Shown here piece after piece: positions 19,583 to 29,622 of a DNA stretch of 64,000 bases (its first letter is position 1; every line of letters starts with the position of its first letter). The DNA is taken from IMG/VR virus record IMGVR_UViG_3300006924_000007, positions 8,258-72,257 of that record. One strand, given 5' to 3'. The DNA is from a virus. Below the pieces are notes generated by a model, which was not told the DNA's origin, ran no database searches, and saw only the letters and a list, made by a program, of their open reading frames with translations. A program made the position numbers and the translations under genes.

Positions 19583-20365
19583 TTATCTTGCTAAAGAACC
19601 ATCTGGATTAGTAGCAAATCCTCGGTTTTCATTTGCTCTTACACGTCTGTAATATTCTTCTTCTCCTATTTTGTTAATAATTCTTTCTCTTTGGGCTGCG
19701 GAATCTGCTTGTCTCTGTGCATCTGTTCTGGTGTCAGTAGATCTTCCCTCACTCAAATTAATTACCTCTCCAGTTGGTTCTGGAATGTTTTCTATTGCTT
19801 CTGCTTCTCGTGCTGCTTGTGCTTCTGCTGCTTCTTCTGTTGGCACGAACCCTGGCAATTCTTCTCCTGGTGCCGGAGGTGATGATAGACCCTGTTTTGC
19901 TTTTTCAAAGTCTTCCTCATCCGGAACAGCAGGTTTTTTTGGTGGTGGCGCACCACCCATTTGATGTCCTTGTGCAACTTGACCAGAAAATCTCGAAACA
20001 TCTCTGAATTGTGTCGTGCCATTTTCCGATGCTTTTATCTTTGCCCCCGATACTTCATTTCTTCCTAATACCTGCATGATGACTGGAAGTTGCTCATCTT
20101 CATCAAGATAAAATCCTATGACCCATTCACCGCCCGATAGTCCGGTTGATGTTCCATTACGATTTCCAGCAGAAGTTGATTGAGATACAATAGCCCATGG
20201 CAAATCCTTATCAAGAATTTCAGGTCCTTTAGAATGTTTTCCTGGTATTCTAACTTTTACTCTATTATTATGTGCATCACTCCATGTTCCATTTTGAAGA
20301 TATTCAGTCCAATTAGGTGGGACTTGTCCTAAGAAAAATCCGTCTGGTAATGTTGCGCTTTTCAT
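19583..20365 (-). CDS. gp5-like N-terminal OB-fold baseplate hub subunit
   Basis: FFLGQV...RVKVRIPGKH...DLPWA...GEWVIGFYLDEDEQLPVIM, matching the gp5 OB domain. Confidence 0.78.
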   Translation of the reverse strand: MKSATLPDGFFLGQVPPNWTEYLQNGTWSDAHNNRVKVRIPGKHSKGPEILDKDLPWAIVSQSTSAGNRNGTSTGLSGGEWVIGFYLDEDEQLPVIMQVLGRNEVSGAKIKASENGTTQFRDVSRFSGQVAQGHQMGGAPPPKKPAVPDEEDFEKAKQGLSSPPAPGEELPGFVPTEEAAEAQAAREAEAIENIPEPTGEVINLSEGRSTDTRTDAQRQADSAAQRERIINKIGEEEYYRRVRANENRGFATNPDGSLAR

Positions 20366-21666
20366 GATTTATTTTTCTCCGTATATAGACCGTAACTGTC
20401 ACGAGCCAGTGTTAATGACGTAATAGACCTTGTTGGTTCATAATGATGGCATAAATCAACTATTAAGTATTTACCACTTTGAACTGGGTCCATATATCCC
20501 TGTTCTTTTTTGGATTGCGTAATAATTTCAAAGTAGCAGTCAATTGTATCACCTGCCCTTAAATTTGGATTGCAGGGAACTTGAATGTCAACTAACTGGC
20601 TGAATAATATATTATATCTCATTGCTGCCTGTGCCTGATAATCTTTAGGATCATTATTATCACCACCTTTAATAGTTGGTTCAAGTGTGCCGATATCTAG
20701 AATATTATAATTTGTTTTAGTATATGCATTCACATCAGGTGCTTCTGCGGATTTACCTAACGATTTTACTAATTTGCCATCAGTAAATTTATATTCAATT
20801 TCGGTCTCTTCAAAAGTTTGTGGATTAAAATAAATGTTTCTGGAAAAGAAAACTCCCGCATTTAAAGCATTCAAAATATTTTGATTTTTTCTCATATGAG
20901 ATGCTAATATTTTAAAATCATTTTGATCAGTATTCATACTTCCTAATAATACTTCTGATTTAAAATATCTCGCAGATATTGGTTGGGAAATTAAACTGTC
21001 AATTGATTTAAATTGAAATCCATCTTTTGTTTCAAAGAAAAAGAATCCGGCACTATCTTTTTCGGTAGTAGATTTTGATGCCAGATTGCAACATATTTCA
21101 AAAACAGATTTACTATTTCCGGCAAAACTATATGGGTTTGCAGTATTCTGTATATTTTCTTCCTTTACTTTTATTGATTCACTTTTTCCGGTCAAAAATT
21201 GTTTGATAAGCAACTTGACAGAATCACCAATATTACCCTGGTATTTTTTCATTGCGGTGGATTCTGAATTGAGTTTTGCTCCCTCAGAAAAAAGACTCAA
21301 TAAAATTGCTTCTCTTTGAGAATTTTGATCCGGACTTGTGCTGCCATTTACAAATAAAGGTCTGTTAACAAAATCAAGTTCGCCAAGAGATGATTCAATC
21401 CTAAATTTTAATTTTTCATTTCCCGTGAGGGGAAGTGCATTATAAATTGATCCAACTCTTTCCTGCTTATCATATTTTTTATTATATCGTGCAGAATATC
21501 CCGTATCCATAATTACCATGTTTGCAGTTATATTTGGAGACATTATACTTTCATAGTAATTAAATTCTAAAGTTTTTCCTTCTAATTGCACCTTGATTTC
21601 CTCACCATCTCTATCTTTGGTAAGAGTTATTTCGCTGTATTTTGATGCTGCGGATGCTTTTGCCAT
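20362..21666 (-). CDS. Baseplate hub protein (gp27-like)
   Basis: 434 aa; YYESIMSP, FFFFETKDGFQFKSIDSL, NLRAGD and SGKYLIVDLCH motifs; directly upstream of gp5. Confidence 0.7.
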   Translation of the reverse strand: MAKASAASKYSEITLTKDRDGEEIKVQLEGKTLEFNYYESIMSPNITANMVIMDTGYSARYNKKYDKQERVGSIYNALPLTGNEKLKFRIESSLGELDFVNRPLFVNGSTSPDQNSQREAILLSLFSEGAKLNSESTAMKKYQGNIGDSVKLLIKQFLTGKSESIKVKEENIQNTANPYSFAGNSKSVFEICCNLASKSTTEKDSAGFFFFETKDGFQFKSIDSLISQPISARYFKSEVLLGSMNTDQNDFKILASHMRKNQNILNALNAGVFFSRNIYFNPQTFEETEIEYKFTDGKLVKSLGKSAEAPDVNAYTKTNYNILDIGTLEPTIKGGDNNDPKDYQAQAAMRYNILFSQLVDIQVPCNPNLRAGDTIDCYFEIITQSKKEQGYMDPVQSGKYLIVDLCHHYEPTRSITSLTLARDSYGLYTEKNKS

Positions 21667-21675
21667 TTTATTATA

Positions 21676-23325
21676 TTATGCAGTAGTATATACGATGGGT
21701 TGTACTACAACAAGTAGTCCTTCTTCATCATCAGAAGATTGACTGATGACATTTGCCGATATAGTTTGGTTTCCGATGGGTGATATTTGAGCATCATTAT
21801 GATCTGCTCTCGAAACTGTTTGTGCTTTTTTGAATCTTCTATAATGTTGTCTAATCATATCACGAAGTTCTGGTCCACCACTACCCTTTGCTGCTCCTTT
21901 TCTTAAACCATATAAATCCCATCGAGCAACATTGCCACCCCATTCTGAAGGACCATAATTATCAGGTTTCCCATCTCCATCATCATCATTGTGAGCTGCA
22001 AGACCTCTGGGATCTAAACCAGAACCTGCCTCTGCATGAGTCCAAACATTTTTATTGATGTCAGATTCACTCCATCCCCATGCGATTGCTAGTCTTGCAG
22101 CTTCTGCGGTCATGGCATTTAGTTGTGCCTGAGTAGGAGGATGACTACCCATACGATTTAAATCGGTTGCGCCACCTGCCGCAGCAATACTCAATCCAAC
22201 GGCATTAGTATTCTTTCCTTCAGTATGTCCGACACGAGTATCATATGAAGAATTGGGCTTGCGGGTTCCGTCACCTGCAAAAACTGTATGATAACTACCA
22301 TTACTATCATAGTCACCAGCAGTCCAATGTAGATATATTAAAGTGCTTTTACTTCCATTACTTCCAGCATTAAATCCTGTTATGTTCATGGGAACAGGTG
22401 TTGTTTGTCCTGATGTTGTTGGTAAAACAAAAGTTTGTCTTTTTGGATCGGAACTACCCCCATTGGGACCATGATCATCTCTGCTTGCAGCAGCTGCAGC
22501 AGCAGAAGCAGCAGCATTCTCCTCCGTATAACCTTGTGGCATATCCGGTGGCATTACATATGCTTTTCTGTCACCTTTATCATATCTTCTTCTTTGATCT
22601 GGACTGAAATCTGATCTTACAAAATTTCCTTCCGCAGTCGTTATACCCTCTTGACCTGCTTCATTTATTGTAAGTGTTGCACCACCAGTTTGTAATTTTA
22701 ATTTAGCACCAAATTTTGATGTTAAATTATCTATTAAAGGTTTTAAAGCGTCAACAAGACCTCCAAGAGGTCCTAACTTAGTTCGTATTCCCTCCAATAG
22801 ATTATCTTTTGCTGTTTCTATGTCTTGACGAAACTTAATTTGTTTTTCTTCTAACTCTGGACTTACTTTTCCATCAGGACCACTCACTGCATTTATTAAA
22901 ATTTGAATAGTATCAACGACTGGTGTTATAAATTTCCCAACTGCAGTAAAAATATTTTCTAATTTTTTCTTTATTGCCGGAAGTGCATTTGCCAAGATTC
23001 CTGTGAGGACAATCAATCCAAAATCCATCATCTTATCAAAAAGACTTCCACCCGGTTTTGCTAGAGCACCTTTTACAGATGATGCCATCTTTTTAAGGGA
23101 TGATGTCCCTGCTGTTAGTTTTTTCTCTTCTTCTTTCTTTTTCTTTACACTTAATTTTTTCTTTTCTTGATCATCTTCCTTTTTGTCAGTTTTCTTCGTA
23201 TTCTGATTTTTCTTTATGAGAATACTCTTAATGTTAGTGACATTAAGTTTTAACTGTTTTAATTGTGCTTGTTCTGATTGCTGAGGTTCTTTTTTTACCT
23301 CTTGGGATTGTTCTTTTACTTCCAT
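21676..23325 (-). CDS. Tail/baseplate-associated protein with an N-acetylmuramoyl-L-alanine amidase (Amidase_2-like) domain
   Basis: Helical N-half, then IYLHWTAG...YHTVF...HTEGKNTNAVGLSI...VWTHAEA Zn-amidase motifs. Confidence 0.72.
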   Translation of the reverse strand: MEVKEQSQEVKKEPQQSEQAQLKQLKLNVTNIKSILIKKNQNTKKTDKKEDDQEKKKLSVKKKKEEEKKLTAGTSSLKKMASSVKGALAKPGGSLFDKMMDFGLIVLTGILANALPAIKKKLENIFTAVGKFITPVVDTIQILINAVSGPDGKVSPELEEKQIKFRQDIETAKDNLLEGIRTKLGPLGGLVDALKPLIDNLTSKFGAKLKLQTGGATLTINEAGQEGITTAEGNFVRSDFSPDQRRRYDKGDRKAYVMPPDMPQGYTEENAAASAAAAAASRDDHGPNGGSSDPKRQTFVLPTTSGQTTPVPMNITGFNAGSNGSKSTLIYLHWTAGDYDSNGSYHTVFAGDGTRKPNSSYDTRVGHTEGKNTNAVGLSIAAAGGATDLNRMGSHPPTQAQLNAMTAEAARLAIAWGWSESDINKNVWTHAEAGSGLDPRGLAAHNDDDGDGKPDNYGPSEWGGNVARWDLYGLRKGAAKGSGGPELRDMIRQHYRRFKKAQTVSRADHNDAQISPIGNQTISANVISQSSDDEEGLLVVVQPIVYTTA

Positions 23326-23329
23326 ATTC

Positions 23330-25129
23330 TTATACCATTATTCCATAAATCCCAGAAGTCGCGACCCTGGATCCATCCATCGGATTAGTACTTGAAATTG
23401 TTGGTTCTTTTGTTGCTTCACCTATTGATAATGGCATCTGAGTCTGTGCCTTTGCTCCCTCTATTATTTCTGGTGGTAATGTAATCGTTCTTATTTTGCC
23501 CCTTTTTCCTGAGGAAAGAACTTGATATATTTTTTCGGTTCTCGTATTATCAATAATAGATCCATCAATTCTAGGCATAAAAAGTTCTGGTCCAGATTCT
23601 CCGACCAAATAAGGTTTGCCTGATGTTACAGGACCACCCATTCTTCTTGTACCAGCAAGTCGTTCGAAGAGTGGTGCTAATTCAACATTATATTTTTCAT
23701 CTAATGCTTTAACTTTAGCTTTTTTGTTGTCATCAGCGTTGACCATTCTAAAATATCCAGTGGGATCCCACAATCCTTTGGGTGCAACTTTATCTAACTC
23801 TTTAAAATACCTATTTTTAATTGCATCTTTATCTTGCATGGCTTTTTGAAAAGCATCCACTGCCTCTATGGTTGCATTATATTTTTCTTCCCCAAGGTAT
23901 GCTTTCACTTGAGATGGTAATGCCATACCCATTTTTCGTGCATATTCATCAGGATCTTCACCTTTTGCTATTGCGTCCCTTTCGGTCGTAACACTACCCA
24001 TAAGAGTTTTATTACCAAAAATATCTTCAAATTTTACTGATTTTCCATCATCACCCATAACTACACCTGATTGAGTAGTTTTATTAGATCTTAAGTATTT
24101 TTGTCTAGCTGCTTCATCAAATGCTGCAAATTGTCCTCCACCACTTATAGACTTACCAAGAGCATCCGCAAGCATTGCTATTCCACCTGCTGATGTAATA
24201 ATACCAAGTAATGTTAAAAGTGCAGGAGCACCGAGTAAACCAAATAGAAAACTTCCTATTGTAAATAATATGGATCCAACACTAATTATTGAACTGACGA
24301 TACCTATAATAGGACCCATTAAAAATAATCCGGCAGCCACACCTGCTATCCATTTCCAATTATTCTTGATGAATGAAAATGCATCTTCCATCTTCTTTCG
24401 GTTTTCTTCATCACTCAACCATTTAAATGCTGCATTGACTGCAATACCTGCACCAACAGTTAAAACAAATTCTTTTATCTGATCAAAAATACCCTTAAAA
24501 GGAGAAAGAACTTTTTTCGTAGTATTTGCTAGTGCAGCACCAATTCTCTTTCTACCTTTTTCTAGTGCGCTTTCTTCTGCTTTTAATTTTTCACGAGAAC
24601 GTTCTTTTTTTTCTTTCTGCTCATCGCCTTTTTGTTCTGCAACTTGCATTGCAAAATCACTTGCAAGTTGCTTTTGAATCTCTACAAGAATTTTATTAGT
24701 TTCTACTAATGTTTTGTTAAAATTATTTTTATTATCTTTATTACTGCCTGGTAATTTTTCTCCGATTTTACTTTTTTGATTTTGAAGTGTATTTTTAATG
24801 CTTGTTATTTTTTTGGCATTTTTAGTAGTTTTTTTTACATTACTTATTATTTTTTCAGTATTTTCAGTAGTTTTTTTTACGTTACTTATTATTTTTTCAG
24901 TATTTATTTTAATTTTTTTTGCATTTGAACCAATTACTTCCTGATGTTCGGGAAGAATTTTTTCAATTGTATTTACTTTGATACGAGTGGTTCTTACAAT
25001 ACGAGCAAGTTTACCAATTTTACTTTCTTTTCCTAGAGCAGGACCCTCTTTTCCGAACACTGCCGATGAGACATTCGTGACATTTATTTTTGTTAGTTTC
25101 GGTGTTTGCTGCTCTAAGTTAGATTCCAC
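23330..25129 (-). CDS. Tape-measure/gp29-like helical tail protein
   Basis: 599 aa coiled-coil with a hydrophobic segment and RRMGGPVTSGKPYLVGESGPELFMP, a tape-measure C-terminal motif. Confidence 0.6.
   Translation of the reverse strand: MESNLEQQTPKLTKINVTNVSSAVFGKEGPALGKESKIGKLARIVRTTRIKVNTIEKILPEHQEVIGSNAKKIKINTEKIISNVKKTTENTEKIISNVKKTTKNAKKITSIKNTLQNQKSKIGEKLPGSNKDNKNNFNKTLVETNKILVEIQKQLASDFAMQVAEQKGDEQKEKKERSREKLKAEESALEKGRKRIGAALANTTKKVLSPFKGIFDQIKEFVLTVGAGIAVNAAFKWLSDEENRKKMEDAFSFIKNNWKWIAGVAAGLFLMGPIIGIVSSIISVGSILFTIGSFLFGLLGAPALLTLLGIITSAGGIAMLADALGKSISGGGQFAAFDEAARQKYLRSNKTTQSGVVMGDDGKSVKFEDIFGNKTLMGSVTTERDAIAKGEDPDEYARKMGMALPSQVKAYLGEEKYNATIEAVDAFQKAMQDKDAIKNRYFKELDKVAPKGLWDPTGYFRMVNADDNKKAKVKALDEKYNVELAPLFERLAGTRRMGGPVTSGKPYLVGESGPELFMPRIDGSIIDNTRTEKIYQVLSSGKRGKIRTITLPPEIIEGAKAQTQMPLSIGEATKEPTISSTNPMDGSRVATSGIYGIMV
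24824..24905. repeat. Tandem in-frame 42-bp duplication
   Basis: AGTAGTTTTTTTTAC(A/G)TTACTTATTATTTTTTCAGTATTT twice with period 42; encodes NTEKIISNVKKTT twice. Confidence 0.85.
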
Positions 25130-25301
25130 TATTTTGCTGCTGCGATTTTAGGTTTTCTTCTTCAATGTGTTGCTGAAGTAATGTTAGATAAATATCCTTC
25201 TCCCAAGGAATCATATTTTCAATCTCAGTTAAAGAGTATTTATGATGCTGAATCAATGCAAAATTAATCTTAAAGTATGACTCAAGATTCGTGTGAGCCA
25301 T
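25119..25301 (-). CDS. gp51: Baseplate hub assembly catalyst gp51
   Basis: NFALIQHHKYSLTEIENMIPWE motif; follows gp26. Confidence 0.85.
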   Translation of the reverse strand: MAHTNLESYFKINFALIQHHKYSLTEIENMIPWEKDIYLTLLQQHIEEENLKSQQQNSGI

Positions 25302-25303
25302 AC

Positions 25304-26029
25304 CTAACTGAAAAAAGCTGCTAACCCTTCAAGAAGCACTTCGGATTCAACACCAGTTTCTGGATTTTTCACTGCAATCTCATGTGATAGTTTAGGCATT
25401 GTAGTAAAGAACTTTTCAATTTGTTTGAACTGTTTGGTGTTCATTTGTTCTATAAACTCACTGAGTTCTTTTTGAGTGCAATCAGATGCTTCCCAACTTT
25501 CTTCTTGGTTATAGACCATTTCAATACAAGAAGAAATCATTGAAAGTGATTGTCCGATGTCTCCGGTGTTTGTTTGATTTACTTCAAAATTGTTTTCAAT
25601 AAACTGATCCAGTGATGGATACTTAAGTTTCATTGAAATATCATCATCAAGTTTGACGATGTTCTTATGTCCTCTGGTCTTTTTAACTTTGATGTCATCA
25701 ATATTGATAGACACCTCAACTTGAGTTTCACCATCATCGGGGCATGTTATATTCACTTCTATAGTCTCGCCAACAGACTTTGCACGAATATTAAGGAATA
25801 GATATTCAATATCAAAAGTTGCCAAAGATTCTACTTTAATATCTTTTGCAAGAATACAATCAGTAATAATTTGAATGATTGCACTGGTAATCTGATTCAT
25901 GTCCTCAGATTCCATTGCCATAATAAGAATTTTTTCTTCTCTTACAAGGAAAGGTCTATATTTAATCTTCTTTCCGGTAGAAGGCAACACCAACTCATAA
26001 GTCGGTGTATTAATCTTGGGTAAAGGCAT
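25304..26029 (-). CDS. gp26: Baseplate hub subunit gp26
   Basis: MPLPKINTPTYEL...YRPFLVREEKIL...FDIEYLFLNIRAKSVGE. Confidence 0.9.
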   Translation of the reverse strand: MPLPKINTPTYELVLPSTGKKIKYRPFLVREEKILIMAMESEDMNQITSAIIQIITDCILAKDIKVESLATFDIEYLFLNIRAKSVGETIEVNITCPDDGETQVEVSINIDDIKVKKTRGHKNIVKLDDDISMKLKYPSLDQFIENNFEVNQTNTGDIGQSLSMISSCIEMVYNQEESWEASDCTQKELSEFIEQMNTKQFKQIEKFFTTMPKLSHEIAVKNPETGVESEVLLEGLAAFFS

Positions 26030-26079
26030 GGTAATTGTGATAACACTTCAGTAATTTTATTTAGCGGGGTTATTTAAAG

Positions 26080-27054
26080 TCACCATCCTTCTAGTACTCG
26101 TTTAACACCATCTGCAGTGAGTGGTAAGTTTTCATCAGTAATTTTACCATCCTTAATGGCTTTCAAAACAGCTGCCTGGTTATCATTGAGAGCTAACATT
26201 CTAGTTACTCGCGCCCCAGGTGACAGTTGAACATTCGATGGCACTTCAAAAGAAAGTCCCGAACGCTCCCCTGTGTTTCCTGTTGAATCGTTAAGTAAAC
26301 TATTTCTATTATCCTCAAAGGATTCATCGGCAGCTGTTGATCCAGTTGACGGGAGAGAGGTAGTGGTGGCAGTTGTATCATTTGCCACACGAGCAATATC
26401 ATTAAATCCACTTGAGTTTGATTTTTTGATAGATCCTTTGGGATTCACAATGTATCGGTCATATGTAAATTGAACAGAAACTTTTAGTAAATCTGCCGCA
26501 CCATAAGATACGGGAATTGCTGTGACTAATTTTGGAAATGCATTGACAAACTGATAGTCTATTTGAGAGTTAAAATCTCTTTCAAACTTTGAGATGAACA
26601 TCGTCTGAACTTTATAGTTGTCAGGATAGTTCATTCTTCTATAATAATTATCATCTAATTCTGATATTTCTGCTTCTGATCCCCCGGCAATATAATCCAT
26701 CCATGATTCAAATATTTTTAAATTGACATAATTCGTATCAACATAGAATGTAAAGTCAATATCAGTATATAAACGAGTATGAGCAAACTCCTGAGGAATA
26801 CCCATGAAATTATCTCGAACTTCTCCTGTGGCAAGAGAACTCGTTGGCAATGATGCCTCAGAACAAAGAAGACCAGTTTTTCTAGATAAAAAATTTCTTA
26901 CATCTTCTCGGAAACCAATTCTTTTCTGAATATAACTCATCAGAGTGGAATTCAATGTGGAAAAACTTACCATATAGTAATTTGTTTGAGAGAGGTCACC
27001 GACCAATTCTCTCATATCTTTCATCGCAAATTTTTTAACTGTCCTATTTGCCAC
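26080..27054 (-). CDS. gp54: Baseplate tail-tube initiator (gp54-like, tube fold)
   Basis: LLCSEASLP...FAHTRLY...FYVD...FESWMDYI...NAFP; divergent from gp4 as in T4-like phages. Confidence 0.65.
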   Translation of the reverse strand: MANRTVKKFAMKDMRELVGDLSQTNYYMVSFSTLNSTLMSYIQKRIGFREDVRNFLSRKTGLLCSEASLPTSSLATGEVRDNFMGIPQEFAHTRLYTDIDFTFYVDTNYVNLKIFESWMDYIAGGSEAEISELDDNYYRRMNYPDNYKVQTMFISKFERDFNSQIDYQFVNAFPKLVTAIPVSYGAADLLKVSVQFTYDRYIVNPKGSIKKSNSSGFNDIARVANDTTATTTSLPSTGSTAADESFEDNRNSLLNDSTGNTGERSGLSFEVPSNVQLSPGARVTRMLALNDNQAAVLKAIKDGKITDENLPLTADGVKRVLEGW

Positions 27055-27055
27055 T

Positions 27056-27095
27056 CTAAATACCTTTCAGGAGTATTACATTATTAAGTATTTAG
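27056..27095. promoter_or_regulatory. Pair of oppositely oriented late promoters between gp54 and gp4
   Basis: CTAAATA on + at 27056-27062 and on - at 27089-27095. Confidence 0.55.
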
Positions 27096-27533
27096 ATGTC
27101 TTATAAGGGAAAATATCGTCCATCAAATCCAGAGAAATATAGAGGTGATTATACTAATATTGTTTATAGGTCTTTGTGGGAATTAAAGTTTATGAAATAT
27201 TGTGATTCCAATGAAAATATATTAGAATGGGGAAGTGAAGAGATTGTGTTGCCATATGTTTCGCCCATTGATAATAGATATCACAGATATTTTCCTGACT
27301 TTTATATCAAGGTTAAAGAAAGAGGTGGTAAAATTAAAAAATATGTGATTGAAATCAAACCTAAAAAACAGTGCGTTGAACCCAAAGTTCAGAAAAGAAA
27401 GACTAAGGGATATGTCTATGAAGTTTGTGAGTATGCCAAGAATCAGGCAAAGTGGAAAGCAGCAAAAGAATTCTGTGAAGATAGACAATGGGAGTTCAAA
27501 GTTCTAACAGAGGATGAGTTAGGTATTAGATGA
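27096..27533 (+). CDS. gp4: Head completion protein gp4
   Basis: YKGKYRPSNPEKYRGD...YRSLWE...WGSEE...RYFPDF...IEIKP. Confidence 0.9.
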   Translation: MSYKGKYRPSNPEKYRGDYTNIVYRSLWELKFMKYCDSNENILEWGSEEIVLPYVSPIDNRYHRYFPDFYIKVKERGGKIKKYVIEIKPKKQCVEPKVQKRKTKGYVYEVCEYAKNQAKWKAAKEFCEDRQWEFKVLTEDELGIR

Positions 27534-27877
27534 ATCGCATAGAAAAGATTAAAGATAAGATTATCGGAATGACTGATCCAGAAGACCAAATGATGGAAAT
27601 CATGGGTGCTCTGAATGGAACAGTGACTCCTGTTCCTGATCCAGGTGGTTACTATACTTTTGTTTATAATGCAAAGACACTCAACATTGAATATGATCAA
27701 CATCCACTTATTGCCTGCACCGGAGTTTATCAGTGGGGATTCGTAGGTATTAACATGCACTGGAGACAATCTAGAGCATATACATGGGCAGAACTTGCAG
27801 GACAACTTTATATTGTTGATATTGATGAGTTTGATGATTTGAAAAATATTAATTATGCGAAATTCGTGACTAAATAA
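27530..27877 (+). CDS. DNA end protector-like protein (gp2-like)
   Basis: YYTFVYNAKT...YDQHPLI...GFVGINMHW; adjacent to gp4. Confidence 0.6.
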   Translation: MNRIEKIKDKIIGMTDPEDQMMEIMGALNGTVTPVPDPGGYYTFVYNAKTLNIEYDQHPLIACTGVYQWGFVGINMHWRQSRAYTWAELAGQLYIVDIDEFDDLKNINYAKFVTK

Positions 27878-27902
27878 ATATGGAAACGAAAATAGTCATG
27901 TA

Positions 27903-28946
27903 ATGGCAGCCGTAAACTTTAATCGTAGTGGTAAAGGTCGCAATAAACAAGTTCTGAGATATCCACTGAAGATGTTTACGGCTGGGACCGATTACCTTCA
28001 GATTGATATGATGACCTATGCTCCTGTGGGGAAGAAAGATCAAGATAAAGATCGATCAATATATGTTAGAAACCCGGACCAAGGATTTAGAAGAAATACT
28101 AATAAAGAACCCTTAGGAACTATATTATTACCAATACCAGGAGGTATTCAGGATAGGAATTCTGTTAATTATGCAGATGATTCTATGAATAGTCTGGTGG
28201 GTGCCGGATCTGGTATTTTAGAAAGTTTGATGACTGATGGTGGATCATTAATTAGTAGTGCTCTTAGTAATATGGGTAATAATGCCGGAGAAATTAGTGC
28301 AGCAAAAGCAACTTTACTTAAAAATCTTAAGGCAGGATTTGCCGGTGCGCCAATAGATGCGGAACAAGCAATAGATATAGTTACCAAATCATTAACCGGA
28401 CGAGCACTTAGTATCTTTGGTGGTAATGTTACATTACAAGGTTTACTGGCAAGATCTAATGGGCAGGTCTTCAATCCTAATATGGAATTGCTATTCAGTG
28501 GACCATCACTGAGAAATTTTGGTTTTGCATTTAAGATGACCCCAAGAAGTGCAGATGAAGGAGAAGAGATAAAACAGATAATTAGATTTTTTAAGAGAGG
28601 TATGGCTGCTAAAGCAGGAAATACTGGATTATTCTTAAAAACACCTAATGTTTTTGAATTGAGATATCGGCAAGGAAATGAAGAACATAAGTTCTTACAT
28701 AGATTTAAGCAATGCTTCTTGACAGATGTTTCGGTAAATTACACGGGTGAGGGTGTATATGCAACTTATGATAATGGAACACCAGTCTCGATGGTAATGA
28801 ATTTATCATTCAAAGAACTCGCACCAATTTATGATATTGATTATGATAGTGATATGCAACAGAATTCTGATCCAAACTTCATCGGACCACCTGGTCCAGA
28901 TACAATGATACAAAAGAACACAGGATTCGGAGGAGTAGGATACTAA
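27903..28946 (+). CDS. gp48: Baseplate tail-tube cap gp48
   Basis: LRYP...ILLPIP...NPNMELLFSGPSLRNFGFAFKMTPRS...CFLTDVSVNYT...LSFKEL. Confidence 0.85.
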   Translation: MAAVNFNRSGKGRNKQVLRYPLKMFTAGTDYLQIDMMTYAPVGKKDQDKDRSIYVRNPDQGFRRNTNKEPLGTILLPIPGGIQDRNSVNYADDSMNSLVGAGSGILESLMTDGGSLISSALSNMGNNAGEISAAKATLLKNLKAGFAGAPIDAEQAIDIVTKSLTGRALSIFGGNVTLQGLLARSNGQVFNPNMELLFSGPSLRNFGFAFKMTPRSADEGEEIKQIIRFFKRGMAAKAGNTGLFLKTPNVFELRYRQGNEEHKFLHRFKQCFLTDVSVNYTGEGVYATYDNGTPVSMVMNLSFKELAPIYDIDYDSDMQQNSDPNFIGPPGPDTMIQKNTGFGGVGY

Positions 28947-28947
28947 A

Positions 28948-29595
28948 ATGGGATACTTCAGAGAACTACCAGAATTAGACTATCAGTCATTTCTATCTGA
29001 TAGTAATTCATCTTCAAACTATCTAAGAGTCAAGAATCTCTTCAGGAGATGCAAACTTCGTGATGACTTACAAAATGTCTTTACTCTCTTCAATAAGTAT
29101 GAGATTGTAGAAGGTGCAAGACCTGATACTGTGGCAGAAGAATTATATGGTGATGCAGAACTTGATTGGGTTGTTCTGATGACTGCAGGTATTATTAATG
29201 TTAGAAATGAATGGCCACTCTCAGATAGACAGATTTATAATTATTCATTAGAGATTTATGGTGCTCAATTAAATGATATGCATCACTATGAAACTAGAGA
29301 AGTAAAAGATGCTAATGGTAGATTAATTTTGCCCAAAGGTAAGGTTGTTGATTCTACTTTTAGAATTCCGGATCCTGACTCTTATACTGCAACAATATCT
29401 CCAATCAATGGAATCTCTAACTATGAATATGAAGTTAGAAAGAATGATGCCAAGAGGTCAATTTTTCTTCTAAAAGAATCATATCTGCAACAATTCCTTA
29501 ATGATATGCGTCAAGAAATGATTTACTCTAGATCATCTGAATATGTGAATGAGAATCTAGTAAGAACAGAAAATACTAGAGTCACCTCACCATAA
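28948..29595 (+). CDS. gp53: Baseplate wedge subunit gp53
   Basis: MGYFRELP...KNLFRR...RPDTVAEELYGD...WVVLMT...EWP...HHYET. Confidence 0.9.
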   Translation: MGYFRELPELDYQSFLSDSNSSSNYLRVKNLFRRCKLRDDLQNVFTLFNKYEIVEGARPDTVAEELYGDAELDWVVLMTAGIINVRNEWPLSDRQIYNYSLEIYGAQLNDMHHYETREVKDANGRLILPKGKVVDSTFRIPDPDSYTATISPINGISNYEYEVRKNDAKRSIFLLKESYLQQFLNDMRQEMIYSRSSEYVNENLVRTENTRVTSP

Positions 29596-29618
29596 AAAAA
29601 GAGGTCCGAAGACCTCTT
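29594..29618 (-). terminator. Rho-independent terminator with a UUCG tetraloop
   Basis: Minus strand AAGAGGTC-TTCG-GACCTCTT followed by a T run; lies between convergent gp53 and gp32. Confidence 0.85.
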
Positions 29619-29622
29619 GTAA

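Noticed and set aside
27096-27533. TnsA-like transposase
   Set aside because: The motifs and its position among baseplate genes identify gp4 head completion protein; there are no transposon ends.
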